64,000 bases of DNA, taken from contig CAWJKZ010000010.1 of NCBI GenBank assembly GCA_963843575.1, positions 384,001 to 448,000 of the forward strand, in the 5' to 3' direction. Numbering within the stretch: position 1 is the stretch's first letter; each line of letters opens with the position of its first letter. Origin of the DNA: an uncultured Acidobacteriota bacterium. GTDB taxonomy: Bacteria; Acidobacteriota; UBA6911. The notes below the pieces were generated by a model. The model was given only the letters and a program-made list of their open reading frames with translations, had not been told where the DNA came from and made no database searches. Positions 1 to 12,187 of the stretch are shown here, in pieces. The position numbers and the translations under genes were made by a program.

Positions 1-742
1 GTCGGTCCTGCTGCACCGCGAGGTGCGGCGCATCCTGGTGCGCGGCCGGCGCGTCGCAGCCTTCGTAGCGGGCCGGCCCGGCGGCGGCGAAGAGCGTTTC
101 GACGGGAGTCACTTCGTCGCCAGCATGCCCGTCACCGAGCTGATCGCCCGGATGGACCCGTCGCCGCCGGCGCCCGTCGTGGAGTCGGCCCGCCGGCTGC
201 GTCACAGGGATTTCCTGACCGTCTGCCTGATCCTGGACCGCCCCGGCCTATTCCCCGACAACTGGATCTACATTCAGGACGCCGAGCAGCGCATGGGCCG
301 GCTCCAGAACTTCGGGAACTGGAGTGCCCGCATGCTTGCCGACCCGTCGCGTTCCAGCCTCGGCGCCGAGTACTTCGTAAACGAGGGGGACGATCTCTGG
401 ACCATGCCGGACGCCGAGCTGCTGCGTCTTGCGGAAGCGGAGCTGCGCTGTGTCAACCTCATCGGCAGCACCCGCGTCCAGGACGGCGTCGTCTACCGGC
501 AGAAGAAAGCCTACCCCGTGTACGACCACGACTACCGTGAAAACCTGGGACGCATCCGCGCCTTCCTCGGGGAGCTGGAAAACCTCCAGCTGGTCGGGCG
601 CAACGGTCTCCACCGCTACAACAACCAGGACCACAGCATGCTCACCGCGCTGCTGGCCGTCGAGAACCTGTTCGGCGCGAGACACGACGTCTGGAGCGTC
701 AACACCGACGACCGCTACCACGAAGAGTCTGAAACCCGCTAG
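1..742 (+). CDS. FAD-dependent oxidoreductase (protoporphyrinogen oxidase/UDP-galactopyranose mutase-like), 5'-truncated by window edge
   Basis: C-terminal motifs AYPVYD and LVGRNGLHRYNNQDHSMLTALLAVENL...W.VN...YHEE typical of this family. Confidence 0.8.
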   Translation, partial: SVLLHREVRRILVRGRRVAAFVAGRPGGGEERFDGSHFVASMPVTELIARMDPSPPAPVVESARRLRHRDFLTVCLILDRPGLFPDNWIYIQDAEQRMGRLQNFGNWSARMLADPSRSSLGAEYFVNEGDDLWTMPDAELLRLAEAELRCVNLIGSTRVQDGVVYRQKKAYPVYDHDYRENLGRIRAFLGELENLQLVGRNGLHRYNNQDHSMLTALLAVENLFGARHDVWSVNTDDRYHEESETR

Positions 743-838
743 GACGCGGATCAACGCAGATTAAAAACACCGGCATTGGTGACAGGCCGCGCCCGGCCGA
801 TCTGCGCAAACCCGTTAAATCCGTGGAGATCCGCGTTC
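742..838. repeat. Imperfect inverted repeat built from ACGCGGAT/ATCCGCGT-type 9-10 nt units (REP-like)
   Basis: ggacgcggatcaacgcagatt (742-762) pairs with aatccgtggagatccgcgttc (818-838); similar units at 12437-12508 and 47222-47253. Confidence 0.6.
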
Positions 839-970
839 TGCTTTTGCTTTTGTCTTTCTTGACCGGTCCAGACGCAGACAAACACCGATCACCGCCGCGT
901 TATTCCGGGCCCTGATAATATGTCACCGCGATTATGAAGTAGCGTACTCAGCAAGGTGAGGCGTTAGAGC

Positions 971-1273
971 TCAATGCCGCACGACCCGGTTGTAGACCGA
1001 CCCGAGCAAGTAGCCGGATACAAAGCCGAGGCCCAGCCCGTAGAGGAACCCGATGATGCTGCCGCCGATGCTGACGGAGTAGCCGGGCAGGTATTGGCCC
1101 AGGAGGGACAGGTGGGGTCCGACCTTCGGGCCTCCCTTTATGACCAGCCAGAGCGTGGCCACCAGCAGGACCGCTCCCGCAAAGGCACCCAGCACGACGC
1201 CCATCGTGACGGAATTCAGCCGGACCACGACCGTCGAAATCGCGTCGTCTTCCGTTTGTTCATGATCGCACAT
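971..1273 (-). CDS. Small two-TM membrane protein (100 aa), paralog of the neighbouring gene
   Basis: ATG at 1273 (MCDHEQ...); hydrophobic helices flank LLGQYLPGYSVS..G...G.LYG. Confidence 0.7.
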   Translation of the reverse strand: MCDHEQTEDDAISTVVVRLNSVTMGVVLGAFAGAVLLVATLWLVIKGGPKVGPHLSLLGQYLPGYSVSIGGSIIGFLYGLGLGFVSGYLLGSVYNRVVRH

Positions 1274-1281
1274 CGGATCTC

Positions 1282-1692
1282 CTAACCTAGGCGGTCCAGG
1301 ATGTCGCTGAGCTGCTGCTGCTCCGCGCGCTTCCGGAGGTAGGCCAGATAGAGCCGGATGGTCGTATTCCTGGTTACCGCGAGCAGCCAGCCTGCGGCAA
1401 ACCCGGCTCCGAACGCATAAAGCAAACCTGCGACGGCGCCCTGCGCCGTGACACGGTATCCCGGAAAGTACTGGGACAGCAATCCCAGGGCGCGTTGAGC
1501 CGCTTCGGCACCCGCTAGAGCTGTCCAGAGCGTGACCGAGAAAACCCACGCGGCGCATACCGTTCCGAAGGCAATGCCCAGGGCGACAGGGTGCAGCCGG
1601 GCCAGCTCCAGGGTTGCCGAGGACGGGAGACCTCCGCCATCGGCGCTCTTGATTCCCTGCGATAACGGGGCCGGATGCCGCATAGCGTCCAT
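1282..1692 (-). CDS. Small two-TM membrane protein (about 136 aa), paralog of the neighbouring gene
   Basis: Motif LLSQYFPGYRVTAQGAVAGLLYAF aligns with the 971-1273 product; start codon uncertain. Confidence 0.7.
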   Translation of the reverse strand: MDAMRHPAPLSQGIKSADGGGLPSSATLELARLHPVALGIAFGTVCAAWVFSVTLWTALAGAEAAQRALGLLSQYFPGYRVTAQGAVAGLLYAFGAGFAAGWLLAVTRNTTIRLYLAYLRKRAEQQQLSDILDRLG

Positions 1693-1968
1693 TATAGGCT
1701 GCGTCGCGCCCTTGTGTTCCGTGAAAAAGCCGGCGATTCTTCGAGTCCCTGGAGCCTTCGAGGTGAGTTTGCGGCTCGCCTGCAAGACTTCACGATCTTG
1801 AAGCCAACGCAGGGGCGCCGAGGCGCCGAGTATTTCGATCTCAGGACGCAAGTGGAAAGCGGCGCCGAGGCGCCGCACTCCAGATTGTCTGCCGGGGATT
1901 AGCCTGGAGACAACCCCTGGCGTTCCGTATAAAATCATGGTGCCGGCAGTGACTCGTGGAGACAGATA

Positions 1969-3624
1969 TTGGCTGCAAATGACCGCCCATCCCTTTTTTC
2001 ACGGCTGAAGTGGAGCGGCTACCTGGCGGCCCAGATGCGGGGTCAGCAGCGGCTGCCCTTCCGCTCGCCGGAAGAGCTGGAGCGGATCCAGAGGCGTCGC
2101 CTGCACGCCATGGTGACGCACGCATACCGAACGGTGCCGTATTATCGCGAGACGATGGACCGCCTCGGCCTGCGGCCGACGGATTTTCACGTCGTCGCGG
2201 ACCTGGCGAGACTCCCGGTCATCGAACCCAGCGACCTCCAGACGGATGCGGAGCGGTTCCTTTCCTCCCGGCGTCCCCGGGATCATTACATCCTGCTCCG
2301 CACGGGCGGCAGCACGGGCGACCCACGGCCGGTTTATCACAGCCCGGAGGGGATTTTTCAGAACGCCGCCCACGGCGAACGCGAACGGTGCATCGTCTGG
2401 GCGCTGCTGGGCAAGCGTTTCGGCTACAAGGAAACGGTCATCGCCTCCCTCAACTGCACCGCCGCGAAACTGCAGGACTTCGTCCAGTCGCGCGGCCTCA
2501 TGCCGGGCGGCCTGAGGATCCGTCGGCAGTATCTGTCGCTGTCGGACACGCCCCAGAAGAATGTCGCCCTGATCAACGAATTCAAACCCGACATCATCCA
2601 CACGTACGGTTCCTACCTCGAGATCCTGTTCTCGTATCTGGCGGATTCCCGAGAAGGGTTCCACCGGCCCGTGACGGTCACCTACAGTTCCGACGGCCTG
2701 GACGAGTGGGCCCGACGCCTGATCCAGGACTCATTCGGACTCCCGGTCTTCAGCACCTATCAGGCTAACGAAGCGCTCAAGATCGGCTTCGAGTGCGAGC
2801 AGCACCTCGGACTTCACCTCAACGTCGATCTCTACCCGGTGCGTATCGTGGACGCTTCGGGCCGTGACGTCCCCGCCGGGCAGACGGGGGACCTGGTCGT
2901 GTCAAATCTGGTGAACAACGCCACGGTGCTCCTGAACTACAGGCTGGGCGACCTTGCTGCGATGCTCGGGAGGAGTTGTCCCTGCGGGCGGACGCTGCCG
3001 CTGCTGTCTTTCCCGCCGGGGAGGTGCGACGATCTCGTTGAGTTGCCCTCGGGCCGGATCATTCACCCGCAGGCGGCCCGGACGGTGTTCATGGCGGAAG
3101 GCGGCGTCCGGCAGTTCCAGATCGTTCAACGATCCCCCACGCGTTTCGACATCAAGATAGTCGTGGCGCCCGGCACCGATCATGCGGGTTTGCAGGACCG
3201 CGTCGCCCGGGAATTCGTCAACCGGTTCGGTGCCGAGGTGAGCACGGACATTCAGTTTGTGGACGCTATCGACCGCACCGCCGCCGGGAAGTTTCGCCCG
3301 GTGATATCGCTTCATCCCCGGTCATGCCACCCCGCGACGGCCGGAGTCCCCGGCGGCTGGGCAGGATCGTCGAGCCACGGCGGGCAGTCCTGCGACGGAT
3401 TCCGGCGGGCTGTACTGGGATGGTGTCGCACGAGACTGGCAACGCGACGCCCGGCAGCAATTGTGGAGAAGATATTGCGACGCTCTGCACAGCGCACTGC
3501 TGGACCGCTGGCTCGGCCGGGAGCGTTTCCAGTCGGCACTAAAGACCGACCTGTTCGACGAGGCGGTTGCCGACGGGCTTTATCCCTTCCTCGCCTCCAG
3601 GGCGTCCGAGGTTACGGCGGTTGA
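1969..3624 (+). CDS. Phenylacetate-CoA ligase/CapK-like adenylate-forming enzyme; natural end probably near 3330
   Basis: RTGGSTGDP P-loop, YRLGDLA, CPCGRTLP..GR.DD and GKFRPVIS; the tail after about 3330 is non-homologous and overlaps the next gene. Confidence 0.8.
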   Translation: MAANDRPSLFSRLKWSGYLAAQMRGQQRLPFRSPEELERIQRRRLHAMVTHAYRTVPYYRETMDRLGLRPTDFHVVADLARLPVIEPSDLQTDAERFLSSRRPRDHYILLRTGGSTGDPRPVYHSPEGIFQNAAHGERERCIVWALLGKRFGYKETVIASLNCTAAKLQDFVQSRGLMPGGLRIRRQYLSLSDTPQKNVALINEFKPDIIHTYGSYLEILFSYLADSREGFHRPVTVTYSSDGLDEWARRLIQDSFGLPVFSTYQANEALKIGFECEQHLGLHLNVDLYPVRIVDASGRDVPAGQTGDLVVSNLVNNATVLLNYRLGDLAAMLGRSCPCGRTLPLLSFPPGRCDDLVELPSGRIIHPQAARTVFMAEGGVRQFQIVQRSPTRFDIKIVVAPGTDHAGLQDRVAREFVNRFGAEVSTDIQFVDAIDRTAAGKFRPVISLHPRSCHPATAGVPGGWAGSSSHGGQSCDGFRRAVLGWCRTRLATRRPAAIVEKILRRSAQRTAGPLARPGAFPVGTKDRPVRRGGCRRALSLPRLQGVRGYGG

Positions 3625-4195
3625 CGTCTCACCGGAAATCGCGACTGCCGCCGGCGGGAAATACCCTGCGCTGCGGGTCCACCGGGCCGACGTACGCCGC
3701 CTTCCTTTTGCCGACGCCTCGTTTGACCTGGTGGTGTCGGACTCGACACTGGACCACTTCGCTTCCCGCGAAGGCATCCTCGCGGCGCTGGGCGAGCTGT
3801 CACGGGCACTCCGCCCGGGGGGGCGCCTGGTGCTCACGATGGACAACCCCGCAAACCCGTTCGTGTGGCTTCGCAACCACATGCCTCTGCGCCTGCTCAT
3901 GCGCTTGGGACTGGTCCCCTATTTCGTGGGGGCCACCGGCGGGCGACGATGGCTGGAGCGCAGCCTGCGGCAAGTCGGCCTGGCCGTCGTGCAATCGACC
4001 GCAATCATGCACTGTCCACGCGTCGTCGCGGTAGCCTCCGCCAGCCTGGCGGGCAACCGCGCCGACAACAGGAAGCAGGAGGCCTTCCTGCGCCGCCTGA
4101 TGGCCTGGGAAAGGCTGGAGAGCTTCCCGACCCGCTACACCACAGGCCATTTCGTCGCGGTGCTCGCGGCAAAACCGGGGCCGGCTGGAGCGTAA
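3461..4195 (+). CDS. Class I SAM-dependent methyltransferase
   Basis: AVDVSP, ADVRRLPFADASFDLVVSDSTLDHF and LRPGGRLVL motifs; frame stays open upstream (LYWDGVARDW), so true start is probably earlier. Confidence 0.8.
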   Translation: MWRRYCDALHSALLDRWLGRERFQSALKTDLFDEAVADGLYPFLASRASEVTAVDVSPEIATAAGGKYPALRVHRADVRRLPFADASFDLVVSDSTLDHFASREGILAALGELSRALRPGGRLVLTMDNPANPFVWLRNHMPLRLLMRLGLVPYFVGATGGRRWLERSLRQVGLAVVQSTAIMHCPRVVAVASASLAGNRADNRKQEAFLRRLMAWERLESFPTRYTTGHFVAVLAAKPGPAGA

Positions 4196-4198
4196 CCG

Positions 4199-5461
4199 AT
4201 GGGGCTGACAAGCAGGAGAGAAGGCGATTGCACGCTCCACACCGCGTCGCGCGACGGCGAGGTTCTGGGCTATGTGGCCATCCACACCACGGTCGCGGGG
4301 CGTGCCTGCGGCGGACTGCGTATGATGCCCGACGTGAGCGAGTCGGAGATCTGCGGACTCGCGCGGGCGATGACGCTGAAATACGGCATCCTGGGATTGC
4401 CCCAGGGGGGCGCAAAGGCGGGCGTGCTGGGAGACCCAGACGCAGCCCAGGACGCCCGCCGCAGGCGCCTGGTGGAGTTCGGCCGGGTGATCGCCCCGTT
4501 GCTTCGCGGACGCCTGTTTGCGCCCTGCGCCGATATGGGAACCGACGCGCTCGACATGCGCCATATGCTCGGCGCCGTAGGCGTGCGCGTCGGGTTGCGC
4601 GAGCAGCGCAACAACTCCTCCGGACTGTATACCGCGATGTCGGTCCTCGCGGGAACGGTCCAGTCGGCCAGCCACGTCGGCCTGCGGCTCGAACAGTGTA
4701 CGGCCGCCATAGAAGGGTTCGGCAAGGTCGGCGCACCCCTCGGGCGGCTGCTCGGCGAGCGCGGCGTGAAGATCGTGGCCGTCTCGACCTCGCGCGGCGC
4801 CCTGTACAACCCCGAGGGCCTCGAGGTGTCACGGCTGATCGAGCTTTCCGGACGCGTCGGCAGCCACGTCGTGGAGAGTTACCCGCACGCGGACCGCATC
4901 GACCGGCGCGCCCTGCTCGAACTGCCCGTGGACATCCTCTGCCCGTGCGCGCGCCACGACAGCATCGCCGCCGACAACGCCGCGCGCATTCGGGCGAGGA
5001 TCATCTGCCCGGGTGCAAACAATCCCGTGACGCCGGAGGCGCACGAGACCCTCACGGCAAGAGGCGTGCTCTGTATGCCCGATTTTCTGACCAACTGCGG
5101 CGGAGTCCTCGGAGGGACCATGGAATTCGCGTCCATCGCCCCATCGAAGATCGCCGCCCTGATCGAGAGCTCGCTCGGCGCGGCCATCGCCGCAATCCTC
5201 AGGAAATCCGCCGGGAGCGGGCGCCCGCCCGGCCCGGTTGCGCGGGAACTCGCACTGCGGCGCTTCGAACAGGTGAAGCGGATCGGCGAGCACCCCGGCC
5301 TTGCCGGCCGTCTTCTTTCACTCGGACTGGTTCTGTACCGACAGGGGATCGTCCCCTCGTCGATCACCGCCCCGCTGGCCGAACGATATTTCCGGCGTCT
5401 GCTCGTGCCCCTGGCCGCCGGCGGAGTCCCCGAGCTGAACCTCGGTTCAGAAATACGCTGA
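4199..5461 (+). CDS. Glu/Leu/Phe/Val dehydrogenase family protein
   Basis: GGLRM, MTLKY...GGAKAG, ADMGT, EGFGKVG, GANNP and PDFLTNCGGV. Confidence 0.9.
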   Translation: MGLTSRREGDCTLHTASRDGEVLGYVAIHTTVAGRACGGLRMMPDVSESEICGLARAMTLKYGILGLPQGGAKAGVLGDPDAAQDARRRRLVEFGRVIAPLLRGRLFAPCADMGTDALDMRHMLGAVGVRVGLREQRNNSSGLYTAMSVLAGTVQSASHVGLRLEQCTAAIEGFGKVGAPLGRLLGERGVKIVAVSTSRGALYNPEGLEVSRLIELSGRVGSHVVESYPHADRIDRRALLELPVDILCPCARHDSIAADNAARIRARIICPGANNPVTPEAHETLTARGVLCMPDFLTNCGGVLGGTMEFASIAPSKIAALIESSLGAAIAAILRKSAGSGRPPGPVARELALRRFEQVKRIGEHPGLAGRLLSLGLVLYRQGIVPSSITAPLAERYFRRLLVPLAAGGVPELNLGSEIR

Positions 5462-5568
5462 CGTTTCCAGGATGCGGATATACTCGGATGCTCGTGAATT
5501 CGACTGGTCACAGCCAAAGGTCGAGGGGCGCTTCGGCATCATGAGGAATACATCACCGTATTTGCTGC

Positions 5569-6201
5569 ATGGTGTACTTACCGGGAGGTGCGGTCTTGAT
5601 TGGGTATCTGCTCATCGGCGTGAACGTCCTGATCTCGATGCTCGCCTTCTCGTCCGGGAAGGGGGGCGTCTCGAATCGTTTCCTCTTTGTTCCGAGCGAG
5701 GTGGCCGCAGGGCGTAACATCGGCGGGATGATCCTTTCGAACTTCTCGCACGCGGACATGGGGCACCTGTTGTTCAACATGCTCTCGCTGTACTTCTTCG
5801 CACCCGTGGTCGAGTACGGGCTCGGGGGGTCGGGGCTGCTGACGATCTACTTCGTCTCGGGAATCTGCGCGGGCATCTTCATTTTCTATTTCCACCGCCG
5901 CAATCCCGCCTATCGCGCCCTCGGGGCAAGCGGCTCGGTGTCGGGCGTGATCTTCGCCTCGATCGTGCTCCAACCCTCGATGAGCCTCTATCTCTTCCTG
6001 GTGCCCGTCCCCATCCCCGGCCCGGTCTTTGCCGTGGGATACATCTTCCTCTCGACAATCCTGATGCGCCGTGGCGGGGGCGGTATCAGCCACGAGGCGC
6101 ATATCGGAGGGGCGGTGGCGGGGTTCGTGCTAGCCGGGCTGCTCTATCCTCCCGGGTTCAATCCCCTTCTCGAGAGGATCGCGCACCTGTTCGGGGGATG
6201 A
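5569..6201 (+). CDS. Rhomboid family intramembrane serine protease
   Basis: HLLFNM, GASG (catalytic Ser) and AHIGG (catalytic His). Confidence 0.9.
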   Translation: MVYLPGGAVLIGYLLIGVNVLISMLAFSSGKGGVSNRFLFVPSEVAAGRNIGGMILSNFSHADMGHLLFNMLSLYFFAPVVEYGLGGSGLLTIYFVSGICAGIFIFYFHRRNPAYRALGASGSVSGVIFASIVLQPSMSLYLFLVPVPIPGPVFAVGYIFLSTILMRRGGGGISHEAHIGGAVAGFVLAGLLYPPGFNPLLERIAHLFGG

Positions 6202-6213
6202 GGCGGAGGGCCG

Positions 6214-8154
<1,941 letters not shown>

Positions 8155-8285
8155 TCTCTCCGTCTTCGACGACGACCTATGGGAACTCGCAACACTCTAA
8201 GCCGCTTTCCTCAATAACGCAAGATTCCGCTGTGCTTGCCGCGCTTCGAGATGCTGCGAGTCCCTGGAGCCTTCCGGGAAGAATG

Positions 8286-9014
8286 CTATCGCTCACCTCC
8301 GGGACTGTCGGCTCCCAGGTTTTCGGTGACCTCCCGGGACCCAGTCTCAAAGTTGCCGACGAAGGCGCTGCGCCTGTTCAGCAGCCGCCACCGCGACCCG
8401 AGCGACGCGCCCGAGTACTCGTTGGCAAGCGCAAAGACCGGCATGGAGTGGGAGAGTTGCCGCGCCAGCGGCGGATAGTACGTGACCTCGTTACCGCAGA
8501 AATGGTCCTTGTGCCCCAGCGAGCGGGTGCGAACGGAGACGACGTCGCCCGCCGCGAGGACCGCGGACCCGTGTTGGTCGCCCTCCCCGATCACCAGGGA
8601 GATGGGCGCCGCCTGCACCTCGACGACGTCTTCGAGCAGACGCCCGGCCATCGCTTTGGCAAACTCGACGAGCGCCAACTTCTGCGCGCCGGTGGCGTTT
8701 TCGTCCACGATGACGACGGCCCGCGCCGGGTACGGATCGTGATAGAGGTCGCCGAGCGTCGCGCCTGCGCGGGCGATCCCGACCACGCTCAGGCCACCGA
8801 GCGACACGCCGTTCCAGGTTCCGCGACGCACCCTCCACGCCACGATCGCCTGGTTGCCCTGGAGCCCGACCTCGCCGTTGGCGAAACAAGGCCCGGTGTA
8901 AACATCCGCACTGCGCGTTTCGAGATAATCGCCCTCGATCCCCGCGGCATAAGCGGCCGCAGAAAGCCACAACGACAGCGCTGGTATCAGCCCAAACCGG
9001 ATTGCCGTCCTCAT
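8286..9014 (-). CDS. Secreted DUF1326-like protein
   Basis: Signal peptide then GDYLETRSADVYTGPCFANGE and CGNEVTYYPPL; ATG at 9014. Confidence 0.7.
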   Translation of the reverse strand: MRTAIRFGLIPALSLWLSAAAYAAGIEGDYLETRSADVYTGPCFANGEVGLQGNQAIVAWRVRRGTWNGVSLGGLSVVGIARAGATLGDLYHDPYPARAVVIVDENATGAQKLALVEFAKAMAGRLLEDVVEVQAAPISLVIGEGDQHGSAVLAAGDVVSVRTRSLGHKDHFCGNEVTYYPPLARQLSHSMPVFALANEYSGASLGSRWRLLNRRSAFVGNFETGSREVTENLGADSPGGER

Positions 9015-9200
9015 CTTTCCCTCCCCGAGTCGCCACCCGGCCCCGTTGCGGGATCGGGCGCGACGACCTGCACCCTTGATGACGCAATGATACCGTACGG
9101 GTTGCCCGGTGAGAAGCTTGCCCGACCGTCCACCATTGTGAGACGATGGACGCACACCGGATTCTGGCAGGTATTCGTCAACCCTCAGGGAGGGGTTCTT

Positions 9201-10124
9201 ATGACTGGCATGTCGAGACGTGAGTTTGTGGAGAAGGCGGCAGTCGGTTCCGCCGCGGCTGGGTTTCTGACCTTGAATGCGGCGGAGCTTGGAGCCAATC
9301 CGCTGGGCATGCCGATTGGGGCGCAGATTTATCCGCTCAGTCCGTTGCTCAAGGACTTTCCCGCGTTCGTCAAAATGATGGCCGGACATCGGCGTGACGA
9401 GGCTCGAGCTGTGTTCGCCGATCGGATACGGCGGCTGACTTCGCCGTCCTCGCGAACGGGAAAGAAGTGAAGAAGATCCTGGCCGATCACGGCATGAAGG
9501 CGAGAGTTCCCACTTCAGCATGAAGGAGCTCCGGGAGAGCAGGACAAGAGCATCGAGTGGGCAAAGCAGGTCGGGATCACGCAGATGATCACGGCAAGCC
9601 TCGGTGACGGGAACGGCGGGAAGCAATCCCACGATGGACCAGGTGAAGAAAGCGGCGGACGAGTACAACAAGATCGCCGCGGTGGCCGCCAAGGCCGGCT
9701 ATGCAGCAGGGCCTGCACAACGAGGGGTTCGAGCTGTCGATGGTCGACGGCAAGCGGACCTACGACATGCTGTTCGATCTGCTCGATCCGAAGCTGGTCA
9801 AGTTCCAGTTTCAGATGTCGACGATCACGGCAGGCTTCGTCGGCGCCGAGTATTTCGCGAAGTACCCGGGCCGCTTCATCTCGATGCACGTGCAGGACGT
9901 GGACATGAATGCCCCGGTCCCGCCGCCGCCGCCGAGGCGGAGCGCGGCCGGGCGGGTCGGACGCGGCGGGACGACGCCCGCAGGTTGCGGTCGGGACAGG
10001 GCACCATCGACTGGGTCAAGACCTTCAAGGCGGCAAAGAAGGCGGGGTCAAGAACTACTTCGTCGAGCAGAACTGGGAGCTCACGCAGAAGAGCGTCGCG
10101 TATCTCAAGACCCTCAAGGTCTGA
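9201..10124 (+). pseudogene. Tat-exported sugar phosphate isomerase/epimerase (TIM barrel) with multiple frameshifts
   Basis: SRREF Tat motif, GMPIGAQIY, GLHNEGFE, SMHVQD, GTIDW and YFVEQ lie in different frames. Confidence 0.75.
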
Positions 10125-10186
10125 TCGCCCAGAGGACCGACCAAGCCATTCGCCGGGGACGCGGCGGGCCGGTGCAGCCCGCCGCG

Positions 10187-12187
10187 TCAGCGGACCTGCT
10201 GCACCGTCACGGTGCGGCTCTCCGGTTCGGCGCGGGCGACGACGTGCTGGTGCTCCGCGATCGAGACCGTCGACGACAACTCCCGCCCGGCGTACTTCCC
10301 TGAACTCCACCGGAACACGACACGGTGATCGCCGGCGGCAAGCTGCGGTATCCGCGCAGGGTAAGGGCCGTCGAGCCGGGTGCCGTCCAACACGATTTCA
10401 CAACCGTCGAATGCATCGTCGGGCACCTCGAGGTAGGCGCTCCCAATCCCCAGCTCGGCCCGAGGCAGTTCGACCGCAACCGGACGGAGGGCGGCGCTTT
10501 CGGCAACCTGGATGGGGGCCGCAGGATCCAGCCGCCGGGCCGGGCCGGATCGCTGCCCGGCGAGCTGGCTCCGGATGGACAGTGCGGCGGCATTGGCGGG
10601 ATCGACCTCCAGTACCCGGCGGAGCTTCGCGTCGCTCTCCGGAAACTTGCGCTGCGCCCGCAGCGACTGAGCCTCGAGCAGCAAGACCTCGACCTTCCTG
10701 CGGCTGCTTTGCCCGTCCGCTTCGTCGAGGATTTTCCTGGCCTGGGGATTTTCAGGGTAGGATCCCAGGACGCGCCTGGCGATCTCCGCCGCCTTATCGA
10801 GCTGTCCCCGGTCGAGTTCGGACTTGGCCTGAGTCACCGCCGCTTCGAGTGCCCGGCGGGCCGTATCGGGCCGGCTCAACACGACCAACGCGGTGACCCC
10901 GAGGGCCAACAGGAGAGCGACCGGAACTCCCAGCCGCAGTGCCGGGTGCAAACTGGTACGCGGCAACAGGACGGTCGACTCCAACCCCGGGGGTGGTTCG
11001 GGCGGCGGCACTGATCCGGCATTGATTCTCGGGGGCCGCGCCGCCATCCCTCCGGCAACGCAGTCGTCGATGAACTTCTTTCTTTGCGCCTCGATCTGAT
11101 CGAGGAGACTCCGCGGGGCCGAGCCGCCGTCGAGCTGCAGCGCCTGCTGCGCAAACCGTTCCGCCCGGGCGAAATCGTTGCTGCCCAGCGCCTGCCGGCC
11201 GAGACCCACGAGCCGGCCCACCTCGCCCGACGCCGAGGGAGTCGGCGGCGGGGCAAGGGCCGGACCGCTCGAGCGCTGCACCGGCATCGCCGCCGTCGCC
11301 TCTGCCTGCGCCGCGGGCGTGGAGAGGCGCGCGGGCCGACCCTCTCGCAGCGGCTCGGCAGGACGCTGCGGGTCGCGCAATAGCGCGCGGCAAGCGCCGC
11401 CCAAATCGGCCATGGCCGCGTAACGGCGGCCCGGATCCTTGACGAGGGCAAGACCTACAACCGGCCAGAGGCCGGCGGGCGCATCCGGAAGATGCCGGCC
11501 GAAGTCGCAGGGCTCGCCAAACAGGATCCGGTCGAGCGTCTTCTGCAGCGTCTTCTCGCGGAACGGGTGAGTGTAGGTGAGGAGTTCGTACATCACGATG
11601 CCCAGCGAAAAGATGTCGCTCCGGGCGTCGCACTTCAGCCCGCGGATCTGTTCCGGCGACATGTACAGGGGGGTCCCGAGCCGGACGCCGGATTCCGTGA
11701 GGTTCGAGGCGGGGATGTGGGCTATGCCGAAGTCCAGGATCTTGGCGTTCCCGGACGCGCCGACGTGAATGTTGCCGGGTTTCAGGTCGCGGTGGAGGAT
11801 TCCGTTGTCGTGAGCGTGAGCCATCCCCTCCGCGACCTGGGCGATGATCGAGAGCTTCCGCTCGAGCGCCATCGGGGTCTTTTCCTCGATGATCTTCTTC
11901 AGGTCCTTGCCCTCCAGCAGCTCCATCGCGATGTACGCCGTCTCGCCTTCCTCGCCCATGTCGTAAACGCCGACGATGTTCGGGTGCTGCAGCCGCGCGG
12001 CGGATTTCGCCTCGCGGTAGAACCTCAGTTGCAGCTCGGGATCCCGGCCGCGTTGGGCCGCAATCGTCTTGATCGCGACGTGCCGCTCCAGCACCTCGTC
12101 GTACGCGGCGTAGACGGCCCCCATGGACCCGCCACCGATCTTCTCTCTCAGCGTGTACTTTCCCAGTCTGGTCTTCATGCGTGCCAT
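10187..12187 (-). CDS. Hanks-type Ser/Thr protein kinase with TPR-like helices, TM segment and PEGA-like C-terminus
   Basis: IGGGSMGAVY, VAIK, HRDLKPGN, DFG, GTPLYMSPE and SDIFSLG. Confidence 0.92.
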   Translation of the reverse strand: MARMKTRLGKYTLREKIGGGSMGAVYAAYDEVLERHVAIKTIAAQRGRDPELQLRFYREAKSAARLQHPNIVGVYDMGEEGETAYIAMELLEGKDLKKIIEEKTPMALERKLSIIAQVAEGMAHAHDNGILHRDLKPGNIHVGASGNAKILDFGIAHIPASNLTESGVRLGTPLYMSPEQIRGLKCDARSDIFSLGIVMYELLTYTHPFREKTLQKTLDRILFGEPCDFGRHLPDAPAGLWPVVGLALVKDPGRRYAAMADLGGACRALLRDPQRPAEPLREGRPARLSTPAAQAEATAAMPVQRSSGPALAPPPTPSASGEVGRLVGLGRQALGSNDFARAERFAQQALQLDGGSAPRSLLDQIEAQRKKFIDDCVAGGMAARPPRINAGSVPPPEPPPGLESTVLLPRTSLHPALRLGVPVALLLALGVTALVVLSRPDTARRALEAAVTQAKSELDRGQLDKAAEIARRVLGSYPENPQARKILDEADGQSSRRKVEVLLLEAQSLRAQRKFPESDAKLRRVLEVDPANAAALSIRSQLAGQRSGPARRLDPAAPIQVAESAALRPVAVELPRAELGIGSAYLEVPDDAFDGCEIVLDGTRLDGPYPARIPQLAAGDHRVVFRWSSGKYAGRELSSTVSIAEHQHVVARAEPESRTVTVQQVR

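Noticed and set aside
3865-5544. Long alternative-frame ORFs here and at 9604-10896, 10794-12401, 47292-48776, 53059-55209, 55375-57915 and 62016-63857
   Set aside because: Arg/Pro/Ala-rich or antisense shadows of well-supported genes in GC-rich DNA, with no recognisable motifs
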